Shown here: piece by piece, positions 27,378 through 36,438 of the stretch
Layout of the letters: the number at the start of each line of letters is the position of its first letter
Numbering within the stretch: the stretch's first letter is position 1
Assembly: GCA_035400625.1 (NCBI GenBank)
Contig: DAOMZT010000001.1
Span: 306,644 to 370,643, forward strand
DNA length: 64,000 nt
Direction of reading: 5' to 3'
DNA from: an archaeon
GTDB taxonomy: Archaea; Iainarchaeota; Iainarchaeia; Iainarchaeales; CSSED10-239
The notes under the pieces: model-generated
What the model saw: only the letters and a program-made list of their open reading frames with translations
Databases searched by the model: none
What the model was told of the DNA's origin: nothing
Program-made: the position numbers and the translations under genes

Positions 27378-27647
27378 ATGGGAGATATATTAACAGTCTA
27401 TAAACTATTTCCTGAGGAAATAGAAGACACAGAAAAAATTCAGGAATTTATTAAAAACAACTCTCCTGGAACAGAGTTTAAGCTTAATACTGTTGACCTA
27501 GAACCTATTGGTTTTGGCTTATCAGTAGTCAAGGTTTCTTATGTTTTTTCTGACAAAATAGGTGGCCTTTTAGAAAAGCTAGAGAGTTTTTTAAAAGGAA
27601 TTTCTGGAGTAAACGAAATAGAGGTTATTGCAACAACCCTTATCTAG
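27378..27647 (+). CDS. ef1b: elongation factor aEF-1 beta
   Basis: MGDILTVYKLFPEE...EPIGFGLSVVKVSYVFSDKIGG..LE..L..ISGVNEIEV matches aEF-1beta. AGGTGA lies upstream. ATG at 27378 is preferred over the track start at 27345. Confidence 0.85.
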   Translation: MGDILTVYKLFPEEIEDTEKIQEFIKNNSPGTEFKLNTVDLEPIGFGLSVVKVSYVFSDKIGGLLEKLESFLKGISGVNEIEVIATTLI

Positions 27648-27701
27648 TTTTTTAATAAAAAAGAATGGTTTTAAAACTATTCCTTTCTTTCTTTTTAGTA
27701 T

Positions 27702-28154
27702 ATGTTTACTAAAAAAGGCCAACTCTCAATAGAGGTTCTAATAATTATTATTTTTTTGATTACCTTTATCTATGTTTATAATAATTTAGCAGAACAAGCA
27801 GTTTATTCTTTAGAGATAAACAAGATAAAAGAGCAAGAGCTAACAATTGCTCTTTCTGTTAATGAATTTTTAGAGGCGCAAAAGAACATTTTGGCAGATA
27901 CTAACATAGTAGATTATAATGCAACCTATCGTTTACCAACAATTACAATTGCTAGCAAGAAAATAACCTCTTGTTTTGTAGATATAAACCTAGATACTCA
28001 AATGTTGATTGTTCAAACTGACTATTCAAATATCCACACAGATATGGATGTTAATCTTCCAAAAGATGATTTTAATATTTCTGGAATAATAAGTTGTGGG
28101 GAGACAATCATATGCAATAAGCCTTCAACAAAAATAGAGTGTAAGCAAATATGA
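27702..28154 (+). CDS. type IV pilin-like protein (class III signal peptide)
   Basis: MFTKKG|QLSIEVLIIIIFLITFIYV, with Glu at +5. Confidence 0.65.
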   Translation: MFTKKGQLSIEVLIIIIFLITFIYVYNNLAEQAVYSLEINKIKEQELTIALSVNEFLEAQKNILADTNIVDYNATYRLPTITIASKKITSCFVDINLDTQMLIVQTDYSNIHTDMDVNLPKDDFNISGIISCGETIICNKPSTKIECKQI

Positions 28155-28639
28155 TGGATACAAGAAAAGGACAAGTAATGTTATTAGATGTGCTATTTGC
28201 AGTAGTTATAATTATACTTATGTTTTTCTTGTTAATAAAGTTTGTAGAAACTGACATCTATAAAACAAATGTTGATAGTAGGACAGAAGAGTTAACAAGT
28301 GTCGGATCTTTAGCATATCAAAAGTTTTTGAATAATCCAAAAATTAATTGTAAAGTCAAAGATACACAAAATTCTTTTTATATTCCCGGAACCATTAATA
28401 CCACAACCACGATAACAAAAGCAGATCTTGGAATACCCTTAGATTATAATTGCCAAGTTATAGGGGTATCAGTTACTGGTTGTCAAACAGCAGGATTTGA
28501 CGGCCCATCTTACACAATCCAATTTCCTGTTGTTACCTGTACAGATGATTTAAACAAAAACACTTATGTTGATTATGTAACAAATACTTCTGACCCATCA
28601 TCATCAATAATAACATTAAATGTATGGAGGGCAAGTTAA
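28151..28639 (+). CDS. type IV pilin-like protein (class III signal peptide)
   Basis: MMDTRKG|QVMLLDVLFAVVIIILMFF. ATGA overlap with the previous gene. Confidence 0.6.
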   Translation: MMDTRKGQVMLLDVLFAVVIIILMFFLLIKFVETDIYKTNVDSRTEELTSVGSLAYQKFLNNPKINCKVKDTQNSFYIPGTINTTTTITKADLGIPLDYNCQVIGVSVTGCQTAGFDGPSYTIQFPVVTCTDDLNKNTYVDYVTNTSDPSSSIITLNVWRAS

Positions 28640-28935
28640 TGAAATCAAAAGCATTTATATTTAGTGTTACTGCTCTTTATTTTGTTATGTTGTTTGTTTT
28701 ATTTATGGGCCTTATTAATTATACTTTTCATCGTCCAGTCTATAAGCAGACAACCTCTGTGATTGATAAGATGGCAACAAAATATGTTTCAGGAGATATA
28801 AATGTTAACCCTGAAGTTTCTAATAAATGGTGTGTAAGAAGAATAGTTTATGATGCTAACAAACCTGATAAAAGTCAATCACCAAGAGAAATAAAAATAT
28901 ATTGTGAGGATTATGGCGCGCAAAGGTTTATTTGA
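28639..28935 (+). CDS. pilin-like small protein
   Basis: MKSKA|FIFSVTALYFVMLFVLF. The TAATG overlap with the previous gene favours ATG at 28639 over the track start at 28624. Confidence 0.5.
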   Translation: MKSKAFIFSVTALYFVMLFVLFMGLINYTFHRPVYKQTTSVIDKMATKYVSGDINVNPEVSNKWCVRRIVYDANKPDKSQSPREIKIYCEDYGAQRFI

Positions 28936-29395
28936 ATTGGTTTTTATTTTAGTGATGCTTACTTTGATGCTTCCTGCAACAACGCATCATTCAGCTATTG
29001 TTACCTATAGTGCTCAAGCTCAGGCAAATGATCTTTTGTTATTGACAGATCAAGCGATTGCTGATGCTCTAGCTGATGGCTCTCACAGTAGTTGTTCAGC
29101 AAGTAACTCACAGGTTCAAAATTATGTCAATAATCTTCAAAACGATTATCGAGCAATAGGAAATGATTGTAATGTTGATGTTTCTGGTATTGGCGGTTTA
29201 AATCCATATTCTGGAACTGCAGAAGTTACTTGCCTTAAGAACAATGGCAACACCACAACATATGTTAAGAAAAGAATGGCTTTTAATAAAACAGTTAGTG
29301 TTGCGCCTAGTGGTAGTATTTGTCATGTAACCGTTTCTGATAACCTTTATAGCCATTCTGAGACACAAGTAGATTATAATCTAAGTTACCGTTAG
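28904..29395 (+). CDS. type IV pilin-like protein (class III signal peptide)
   Basis: (MRI)MARKG|LFELVFILVMLTLML. The mature part is Cys-containing and S/T/N-rich. The start may be 28913. Confidence 0.6.
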   Translation: MRIMARKGLFELVFILVMLTLMLPATTHHSAIVTYSAQAQANDLLLLTDQAIADALADGSHSSCSASNSQVQNYVNNLQNDYRAIGNDCNVDVSGIGGLNPYSGTAEVTCLKNNGNTTTYVKKRMAFNKTVSVAPSGSICHVTVSDNLYSHSETQVDYNLSYR

Positions 29396-31170
29396 GTAGT
29401 AAAGTAATATTTATTTTCTTTTTTTTGTTCTTGGTCTTTTTGTGAGCCTGGCTTGTTTGCTCTTGGTCTTTTAGTCTCAGGATCTTGTCTAAAGGTCATG
29501 TTTTCATTTTTTAAAAAACTATTAAAAGCATCTTGTATGTCAGTAATGCCTTTTACAAAGCCCTTCTCCCCTGCAACACCATCAAACAAAAGCATTCTAT
29601 CAGAGATATAATCTAATAGAAGAAGATCGTGATCAACAACAAATGCACATTTTTCTGTCTTTGTGATAATATTTTTTATGGCTGTAGAAACAACAAGCCT
29701 TAGCTCAACATCCAAGAAAGCACTTGGCTCATCTATCAAGTAGATGTCTGCATTCTTTGATAGACAATAAGCTATTGCAACTTTTTGTAATTCTCCACCA
29801 CTAAGCTCTCCAATTTTTTGATTAAATAAACTTTCTAAATCAAATTGTCTTTTTAGTTCCATAGCAAAGATTTCTTGATCTATTTCTTTTCCGCTAAATA
29901 AATCTCTAACAATCATCTCTTGGTCTAAGTCAATATATTGTGGCTTGTATGATATTTTTAGATTTAGATCAATATTATTCTCTTCTGATTTTTCTAGGCC
30001 AGCAAGAGTTTTGATAAATGTGGTTTTGCCAATTGCATTTGCACCAAGTATTCCGATTACTTCGCCTTTGTTTACTCTTGCTCCTGTTGCTTCAAGCTTG
30101 AAGTTTCCTAATTTTTTAGTAAATGATGGATATTCAAAAAACAAAAGTCTTTTTGTTATGCTTTTGTCTTGTGTGGAGACAAAGGTTATGGCATTAGTCC
30201 TGATTCTGATATTTTCTTCTTTTAAAAAGCCATCTAAAAACTCGTTTATTCCTTTCTTTGTGGTTTTTTTGTTAGAAGAAATACCATATGCTTGTTTCTG
30301 TCCAAAGAACACATGCACAAAGTCGCTCAGGTAATCTAAGATTGCAAGATCGTGTTCTATCATAAGCATAGAGTTTTTTTCATTTATCTTTTCTCTTAGG
30401 ATTTTTGCAATTCTAAACCTTTGCTTGATATCTAAAAACGTAGAATACTCATCAAAAAAATAAAGATTGGCATTTTTTAACAGAGTAGAGGCGATTGCGA
30501 CTCTTTGCAGTTCCCCACCAGAAATTTCTTTTGGTGTTTTTTCAAGTAGCTTTTCAAGCTCTAGTTCTTTTATTACTTGTGCTTTATAATCTTTATCTTT
30601 TGAGATGCCATTTATAAGTTCGCCTATTTTTTTGTTATAGACTTTTGGGATGTCTTCTACCTTTTGTATCTTGTAAGCAATTGTTGTCTTGTTGTCTCTT
30701 AGATCCTCAAAATGCTGTTGTATTGCCTTGCCTCTGAAATACTCAAGCACTTTTTCTTTATCACCCTGTTTAGAGTAATCCCCAAAATTAGGAACTAGAT
30801 TTCCTGACAAAATATTAATGGCTGTTGTTTTTCCAGCACCATTTCTTCCAATAACACCAGTAATAAACCCTTTCTCTATTGTTGGTAAAGAAAAAAGCCT
30901 AAACATGTTTTTCCCATATTGATGAAGCGGGTTGTCTAGTTCCATTCCAATATTAATTATTGATATTGCTTTTTCTGGGCACCTGTTCTGGCAAATACCA
31001 CAACCAGTACATAATGTCTCATCAATAATTGGAAAGATATTTTGTGGCTCAACAATTATTGTTTCTTCGTTCATTCGCACACCTGGACAAAGCCTCTTAC
31101 AAAGATAATTGCAGTTTTTTGGTTGACATTTGTCTTTATCCAGAATTGCGATTCTTATGTTTTTTGCCAT
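29392..31170 (-). CDS. abce1: ABCE1 / RNase L inhibitor homolog (ribosome recycling ATPase)
   Basis: An N-terminal 2x[4Fe-4S] region (CQPKNCNYLCKRLCP, CTGCGICQNRCP) and two ABC cassettes (GRNGAGKTT, GANAIGKTT, 2x SGGELQ). Confidence 0.93.
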   Translation of the reverse strand: MAKNIRIAILDKDKCQPKNCNYLCKRLCPGVRMNEETIIVEPQNIFPIIDETLCTGCGICQNRCPEKAISIINIGMELDNPLHQYGKNMFRLFSLPTIEKGFITGVIGRNGAGKTTAINILSGNLVPNFGDYSKQGDKEKVLEYFRGKAIQQHFEDLRDNKTTIAYKIQKVEDIPKVYNKKIGELINGISKDKDYKAQVIKELELEKLLEKTPKEISGGELQRVAIASTLLKNANLYFFDEYSTFLDIKQRFRIAKILREKINEKNSMLMIEHDLAILDYLSDFVHVFFGQKQAYGISSNKKTTKKGINEFLDGFLKEENIRIRTNAITFVSTQDKSITKRLLFFEYPSFTKKLGNFKLEATGARVNKGEVIGILGANAIGKTTFIKTLAGLEKSEENNIDLNLKISYKPQYIDLDQEMIVRDLFSGKEIDQEIFAMELKRQFDLESLFNQKIGELSGGELQKVAIAYCLSKNADIYLIDEPSAFLDVELRLVVSTAIKNIITKTEKCAFVVDHDLLLLDYISDRMLLFDGVAGEKGFVKGITDIQDAFNSFLKNENMTFRQDPETKRPRANKPGSQKDQEQKKENKYYFTT

Positions 31171-31189
31171 GTTTAATCATTTTCTTATA
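31168..31189. repeat. junction repeat copy X (minus strand: TATAAGAAAATGATTAAACATG)
   Basis: Covers the last codons and stop of ORF 31177..31968, the spacer, and the ATG of abce1. It matches 31966-31991 at 21/22 positions plus one 4-nt indel. Confidence 0.8.
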
Positions 31190-31968
31190 AATTCTATAGT
31201 GTTAGGATCAAATCTGTAACCGTTATATTTGTTTGCTACAAATTTAAGTTGAATCCCTAATAACTCATACATCTCTATTCTGCTTTTATTGCTATTAAAT
31301 AAATGTTTATATTTTAAAAAATTTAATATTTCAATTGGATTGAACAAGCCATTTTCTAAACAAAATACCATAAGTTCAACATTATATTTTGTGTGATTAA
31401 GAATTGGTTTTTCTTTTTCTAAATATTTTCTACCTTCTGCTTTACTTAATAATTCATTTATAAAAACAATTTTTGAAATACTTGCTTGAAAAGTAAATTG
31501 TTGTTCATAAGTCAAATTTTGTTGTTCAAAGATTTTTGATAACTGATTAAAAGTTTTACCTGCCTTTTTTTGAAAATTTTTAAAAGATGTTTCATATTTA
31601 GGGCGTACATGATATTGCACTTGCCCACTAATCTTTTTGCCTTCATTTATATAAATTACATTTGAGTTTTTTGACAAAACCAGATCTGTAATACTTGGCA
31701 TCAAAGAAATAGGGTTTGTTTTTGGATGTGTGTGTGCAAAATAGATTGTGCCACCTTTACTTTCTGTTTTCTTTATATAATTTATAGTTTTTTCTATATC
31801 AAGATATACAGATTTATTTCCTTTATTTTGAGTAACATTTTTCATTTGGCATCTGCTTCTTTTTATAAAAGCATGTTCTAGATGAGGGTTTTCACTAATT
31901 GCTTTTTCTACAACCTTAATTGGTCTTATTCTGGCCCTAGGTCGCACAGTTCTAGGTTTTGGTGGCAT
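31177..31968 (-). CDS. hypothetical protein: basic N-terminal tail (MPPKPRTVRPRARIRP) plus a JAB/MPN+ (JAMM)-like motif
   Basis: FAHTHPKTNPISLMPSITD gives H-x-H ... S-x-x-D with a longer spacer than canonical JAMM. 263 aa. Paralog of 8633..9385. It is packed between rfcL (2-nt gap) and abce1 (6-nt gap). Confidence 0.6.
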   Translation of the reverse strand: MPPKPRTVRPRARIRPIKVVEKAISENPHLEHAFIKRSRCQMKNVTQNKGNKSVYLDIEKTINYIKKTESKGGTIYFAHTHPKTNPISLMPSITDLVLSKNSNVIYINEGKKISGQVQYHVRPKYETSFKNFQKKAGKTFNQLSKIFEQQNLTYEQQFTFQASISKIVFINELLSKAEGRKYLEKEKPILNHTKYNVELMVFCLENGLFNPIEILNFLKYKHLFNSNKSRIEMYELLGIQLKFVANKYNGYRFDPNTIEFIRK

Positions 31969-31991
31969 GTTTACTCCATTATTTTCTTATA
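31966..31991. repeat. junction repeat copy Y (minus strand: TATAAGAAAATAATGGAGTAAACATG)
   Basis: Covers the last codons and stop of rfcL, the spacer, and the ATG of ORF 31177..31968. Confidence 0.8.
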
Positions 31992-33206
31992 TTGTTTTTC
32001 AGTAATCTTTGCTCCAAGATATTTCATTTCTTCAAGAGTGAAACCAAAGTGTTTTATAAGGTCTGTAGTGCATTTGTTTGTTTTTGCAATTATTAACAAA
32101 AATGGCAGATAGTCTCTTAAGATAATTCTCTTAGAGCAATGTATTTTTTCTTTCATTTTTTCTACAACCGACTTTTGCAATGTCTTGTTTTTTGTAGTAT
32201 ACATCCTCATAACTCTTGGGAACTGAAATGGAGTATACCCTCCACTTATTTCTCTGTCTTTCTTGGAATATGCGACCCCTACTGTCAAGTAGTCAAAAAC
32301 ATACTTTAAAAGAACCCAGTTACTTCCTCTGATCCTTGCATAATTAATGTCTGCTTTGCTTAGATTATCAAATGCGCGATTAAGATTATTTGTGTTCTTG
32401 TATTGTCTAGGAATGTTTTCTTCTACCCAAAGCATTAACAAGTCCCAGTTGATATTTAGGGTATCAATAACATTTCTTGTTTCATAAAAGTCCTTAGGAT
32501 AGAAAATTTTCTGTAACACCTTAAAAACATCTTCGTCTTTCTTCCTATCACCAAGCGATTCTGTATCTTCAAGGGTTATCTTCTTATCAAAAGAAAGAGT
32601 AAAAATATCAATCATTGTTGCTCTAACATCATTACTTGCATTTTCAACAATTCTGTTTAATGCTACAAGATCATAATCAATATCTTCTTTATCACAAATG
32701 CCCTTAGCAAATTTTAGAATTGATGGTTTTGGTGGCAAGTCAAACTTTATTTTTTCACATTTTTCAAAAATAGGTCGTAATTTTTTATTTTCATAAGGGT
32801 CATTAGCAATAATGATGATTGGCTGTTTGGATTTATCAAGTATTTTGTCTAGCTCTGTAAAAAAACCATAGTCTTCTCCGCCTCTCTTGTCAGAAACAGA
32901 ATCAATCTCGTCAATTAACACAAGCCTTGTAGTTCCAAAAAGAGTATTTGTTGTGCAAGCAGCATTAAGTAAGTTTTTTGTGCTTTCCTTATCTCTCAAG
33001 TCAGAAGCATCTGTTGTCAGTGTTGTCCATTTTTTTTCTTTAGCCAAGAGATTAGCAACAAGCGTTTTTCCAACACCCGGAGCCCCATAGATAAATAAAG
33101 GTTTATCATAATTTTCACTCCATCGTCTTATAGCTTCTATTGCAGGCCTATTTCCAACAACTTCATCAAGGCTTTTTGGAGTGTATTTATCAAAAAAGCT
33201 CTTCAT
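31971..33206 (-). CDS. rfcL: replication factor C large subunit
   Basis: KYTPKSLDEVVGN, Walker A GAPGVGKT, and LIDEID. Length is 411 aa. Confidence 0.85.
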   Translation of the reverse strand: MKSFFDKYTPKSLDEVVGNRPAIEAIRRWSENYDKPLFIYGAPGVGKTLVANLLAKEKKWTTLTTDASDLRDKESTKNLLNAACTTNTLFGTTRLVLIDEIDSVSDKRGGEDYGFFTELDKILDKSKQPIIIIANDPYENKKLRPIFEKCEKIKFDLPPKPSILKFAKGICDKEDIDYDLVALNRIVENASNDVRATMIDIFTLSFDKKITLEDTESLGDRKKDEDVFKVLQKIFYPKDFYETRNVIDTLNINWDLLMLWVEENIPRQYKNTNNLNRAFDNLSKADINYARIRGSNWVLLKYVFDYLTVGVAYSKKDREISGGYTPFQFPRVMRMYTTKNKTLQKSVVEKMKEKIHCSKRIILRDYLPFLLIIAKTNKCTTDLIKHFGFTLEEMKYLGAKITEKQYKKIME

Positions 33207-33241
33207 AATATAATATAACTAAAGAAAGTATTAAAATAGCC

Positions 33242-34192
33242 TTAGATTTTTTTATCTTCGTTTTTTGTGTTTTTCAAAACATCTGCAAAGCTTTGTTTAT
33301 TTTTGGAGGCAATTTCAAGAAATTTATTTTTCTTTGTTTCCCATTTCTTTCCTGTTCTTGTGTTTGCAAGTCCTCCTCTTGCTGTTTCTTTTAGTTCTTC
33401 ATCCATTCTTTTTCCTATCTCATCCATGGCGCTTGCAACTTCATCAAATGGGATATAAGATTTGATTCCAGACAATGCCATCTGTGCAGCAATAAAAGCA
33501 ACACCTACACTTGTCGCGTTTCTTTTTCTGCAAGGAACTGAAACAATACCTGCTACAGGATCACAAACAAGGCCAAGCATGTTTTTTAATGCAAGTGCTG
33601 CTGCGTTTTCAACCATCTCTGGGTTAGTGTTGTCTTTGTAAAGAAGATGAATGATTGCTCCTGCTGCCATTGCAACTGCAGAACCACATTCTGCTTGGCA
33701 ACCATGTACTGCCCCAGAGATTGAGGCATTTTTAATAATTGATAGCTCTATTGCTGCAGCTGTTAGAAGTGCATTTTGAATATCTTTCTCAGAACAATTA
33801 TAGTCCTGAGCAACAGCAATGATACAGCCAGGCACTATTCCCGAAGAGCCTGCTGTTGGGCAAGCAATAACAGTTCCCATATTAAGGTTATTTTCAGTAA
33901 TTGCTAATGCAAAAACACAAGCTTTGTGAAGAGTGTTTCCTAAGATCCTTGTTTTCTTGTTGGCCATCTTAATGGAATCAGATGAGAACATCAGGTTCTT
34001 GAATTTATAATGGCCTTTAAGTCCAGAGTTTATTCCTCTTTTAAAGGTATTTATAGAATTATTTAGCTTATTTGAGATTTCTTTATCGCTTCTTTTAAAG
34101 CTAGTTCTTTCATCTTCTTTTACGATTTCTGCAATTGTTGTTTTTCTTTCTTTTGCGAGTTTTACAATATTTCTAAGTATGTACTCTGTCAT
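33242..34192 (-). CDS. sdaAA: L-serine dehydratase (iron-sulfur dependent), alpha subunit
   Basis: ACPTAGSSGIVPG and SGAVHGCQAECGSA motifs. Confidence 0.85.
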   Translation of the reverse strand: MTEYILRNIVKLAKERKTTIAEIVKEDERTSFKRSDKEISNKLNNSINTFKRGINSGLKGHYKFKNLMFSSDSIKMANKKTRILGNTLHKACVFALAITENNLNMGTVIACPTAGSSGIVPGCIIAVAQDYNCSEKDIQNALLTAAAIELSIIKNASISGAVHGCQAECGSAVAMAAGAIIHLLYKDNTNPEMVENAAALALKNMLGLVCDPVAGIVSVPCRKRNATSVGVAFIAAQMALSGIKSYIPFDEVASAMDEIGKRMDEELKETARGGLANTRTGKKWETKKNKFLEIASKNKQSFADVLKNTKNEDKKI

Positions 34193-34605
34193 AATGATGC
34201 AACCTCATTAAATTTAATTCTCCCGCCACCAACAGAGCTACCTCTAAAATATCTTGTTGTGTTTTCCTTGTTTGTTACAGCAAGAAACACAGTGTTTGGG
34301 TGATAATTTTCATTAATATGATGATGCCATTCAATCTTTATTCCTTTTTTATAAGCAAATTCAAAAGAAAAAGGTATTTTTGGGTCTGTTTCTTCAAATC
34401 CCAATAATCCAGCAACTAGCGCACTTTTTGTCATGTGTGCATCCCCTGTATCAGCAAGTGAGTTATATAAAACAATTTTTATTGCTTTGATATCTTTTAC
34501 TTTACTATGCACTTTAAGGCCGATTTTCATTACACCAGCAGTATGAGAACTAGAAGGACCAACAATCTCAGAAGTAACAAGATCAAGCAAGCTAATGTAA
34601 GCCAT
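34189..34605 (-). CDS. sdaAB: L-serine dehydratase, beta subunit
   Basis: MAYISLLDLVTSEIVGPSSSHTAG is the N-terminal signature. ATGA overlap with the alpha subunit. ATG at 34605 is preferred over 34644. Confidence 0.8.
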   Translation of the reverse strand: MAYISLLDLVTSEIVGPSSSHTAGVMKIGLKVHSKVKDIKAIKIVLYNSLADTGDAHMTKSALVAGLLGFEETDPKIPFSFEFAYKKGIKIEWHHHINENYHPNTVFLAVTNKENTTRYFRGSSVGGGRIKFNEVASL

Positions 34606-34772
34606 ATTTATCCAACTCCCAATTTCTATTAATATGATAAACAAAAGATATTATAAATACTTGTTGTGTTTTCTTTTTTAAATATCTATTTATTTTAATT
34701 AATGTTATATTTATAAATAATTATACACATATTTTGATATTAAATAACAAAAATAATTAAAAATTAAAAGAG

Positions 34773-35054
34773 ATGATTATAATGGGAATAATTAAGCCAA
34801 AACCAAAAAGGCCAACAGTAAAAACACAAAATGCGAAATTTACCGCTAGTAATAAAGGAAGACTATTTGCATCTAGCATGGTGGAGAAAACACCAGATGG
34901 GCGCATAAGATTAAGAAAATCCTCACAAAAGGTAACAAAACCAAATTACACAAAATCTGAATTAATTAACATATTAAAATGGGTGGATAATCCAAGAGGT
35001 TATTTTTTAGAAGAAGGAATGACTTTAAAAGATTTAAAAAAAAATAAAAAATAA
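34773..35054 (+). CDS. small basic hypothetical protein (tail GIIKPKPKRPTVK)
   Basis: 93-aa ORF, K-rich at both ends. No recognisable family. Confidence 0.45.
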   Translation: MIIMGIIKPKPKRPTVKTQNAKFTASNKGRLFASSMVEKTPDGRIRLRKSSQKVTKPNYTKSELINILKWVDNPRGYFLEEGMTLKDLKKNKK

Positions 35055-35085
35055 AAACAAAGAGAGTGTAGTAAAAATAAAGGAT

Positions 35086-35634
35086 GTGCGTGATCATTAT
35101 CCTTTAAATGAGTTGGCGAGTGTTTATGGCAAACAAGAAGTTATCAATGCTTATGGAAATATGACAGAAATAATCAAAAAAAGAACACCTAAAGAGATCG
35201 CTGGTGTTTTTGGCGCAAAACCATTGTTAGATTATTTAGTTAAAAACAAAGGCGGATTAAAAGGATTTAGAAAAAGTATGGAAATTAACAAAGTAGGTTC
35301 AAGAGGCATTGCACCAGGTTCATTAGAATCTGTTATAAGATTTGCAGGTGGCTCCCATACAGAAGTTGCTCGTTATTTTAATGGCTATAAAGGCTTAGTT
35401 AAAGTATTTGGGTTTAATGAAGCCTTAAGGAATTATGGGCATAATGTAATTAAAGCAGAAGGAGGAATAAAAGCAGTTATAAAAAAATATCAGCTTAAAG
35501 ATATATTTTCTGGATTAAGTCTTAACCAAAAAAACGCATTATATAGAGAATATGGCCCTGAATTATCAAAGGCATACACAGCATCAGAATTATCAAGAAT
35601 ATTTCCTGAGCGGATTAGAAGATATAGTCAATAA
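35086..35634 (+). CDS. hypothetical repeat protein with about 8-9 h-x-x-[YF]-G motifs (HhH-like?)
   Basis: GTG start. Motifs are LASVYG, VINAYG, IAGVFGAKPLLDYL, VIRFAGG, VARYFNG, LVKVFG, ALRNYG and LYREYG. The gene lies just 5' of pcn. Confidence 0.45.
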   Translation: MRDHYPLNELASVYGKQEVINAYGNMTEIIKKRTPKEIAGVFGAKPLLDYLVKNKGGLKGFRKSMEINKVGSRGIAPGSLESVIRFAGGSHTEVARYFNGYKGLVKVFGFNEALRNYGHNVIKAEGGIKAVIKKYQLKDIFSGLSLNQKNALYREYGPELSKAYTASELSRIFPERIRRYSQ

Positions 35635-35712
35635 TTTTTTTCTCTGTATTTTTTAATTGTTATAATTACCTTTTTAAAATAATTGTTGTTTATTCTAATA
35701 TAGTGAATAATT

Positions 35713-36429
35713 ATGATATCTACAAAAAACACAAATATGCTTACTAAAAGCTTGGAAACTATTACTCCGTTAATTCAGGAAACAAATGTTAGGTTTAAAG
35801 ATGAAGGAATCTATATCAAAGCAATAGATAAGACCCAGATTCTTCTAGTTGACTTTTTTATGTCAAAAAAGGCATTTGATACCTATGCTGTAGAACCAAG
35901 CCTTATAGGTCTTAATATCCAAGAACTAAAAAACATGCTTTCTCGTTCATTTGCTGAAGACAAGCTACAACTAAACCTTAAAGAACAAGGGCTAGATATT
36001 CATTTGCTTGGCAAAATAGAAAGAAAATTCTATATGTCTTTTCTTGATCTTTCAGAACAAGACATTAATCTTCCAGAGATAAAATATGAGGCAGAATTTA
36101 ATATCACAGCAGGACTTCTAAAAGAAATAATAACAGACATTAATCTTGTGGCATCAACAATTCTTTTTAAGATAAATGATGGAAAGCTAATTATTGAGGC
36201 AAAAGGAGAGAAAGGAAACATAAAGACCACGCTTCCAGAGATAAAATTAAAAACTAAGAAAAATTTCTCTGCTAAGTTTTCTCTATCTTTTTTAAAAAAC
36301 ATAGTTAAGTCTATGGACAATGACAAAGTGCTATTAATCAAACTTGCAGAAGATGTTCCAATCTATATCGAGTATACTCTAAGTAAAGATTGTATAATAA
36401 AGTTCTATTTAAGTTCTATGCTAATATGA
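35713..36429 (+). CDS. pcn: DNA polymerase sliding clamp PCNA
   Basis: 238 aa. ETNVRFKDEGIYIKAIDKTQILLVDFFMSKKAFDTY and a two-domain repeat pattern typical of PCNA. Confidence 0.88.
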   Translation: MISTKNTNMLTKSLETITPLIQETNVRFKDEGIYIKAIDKTQILLVDFFMSKKAFDTYAVEPSLIGLNIQELKNMLSRSFAEDKLQLNLKEQGLDIHLLGKIERKFYMSFLDLSEQDINLPEIKYEAEFNITAGLLKEIITDINLVASTILFKINDGKLIIEAKGEKGNIKTTLPEIKLKTKKNFSAKFSLSFLKNIVKSMDNDKVLLIKLAEDVPIYIEYTLSKDCIIKFYLSSMLI

Positions 36430-36438
36430 TGTTTTATT

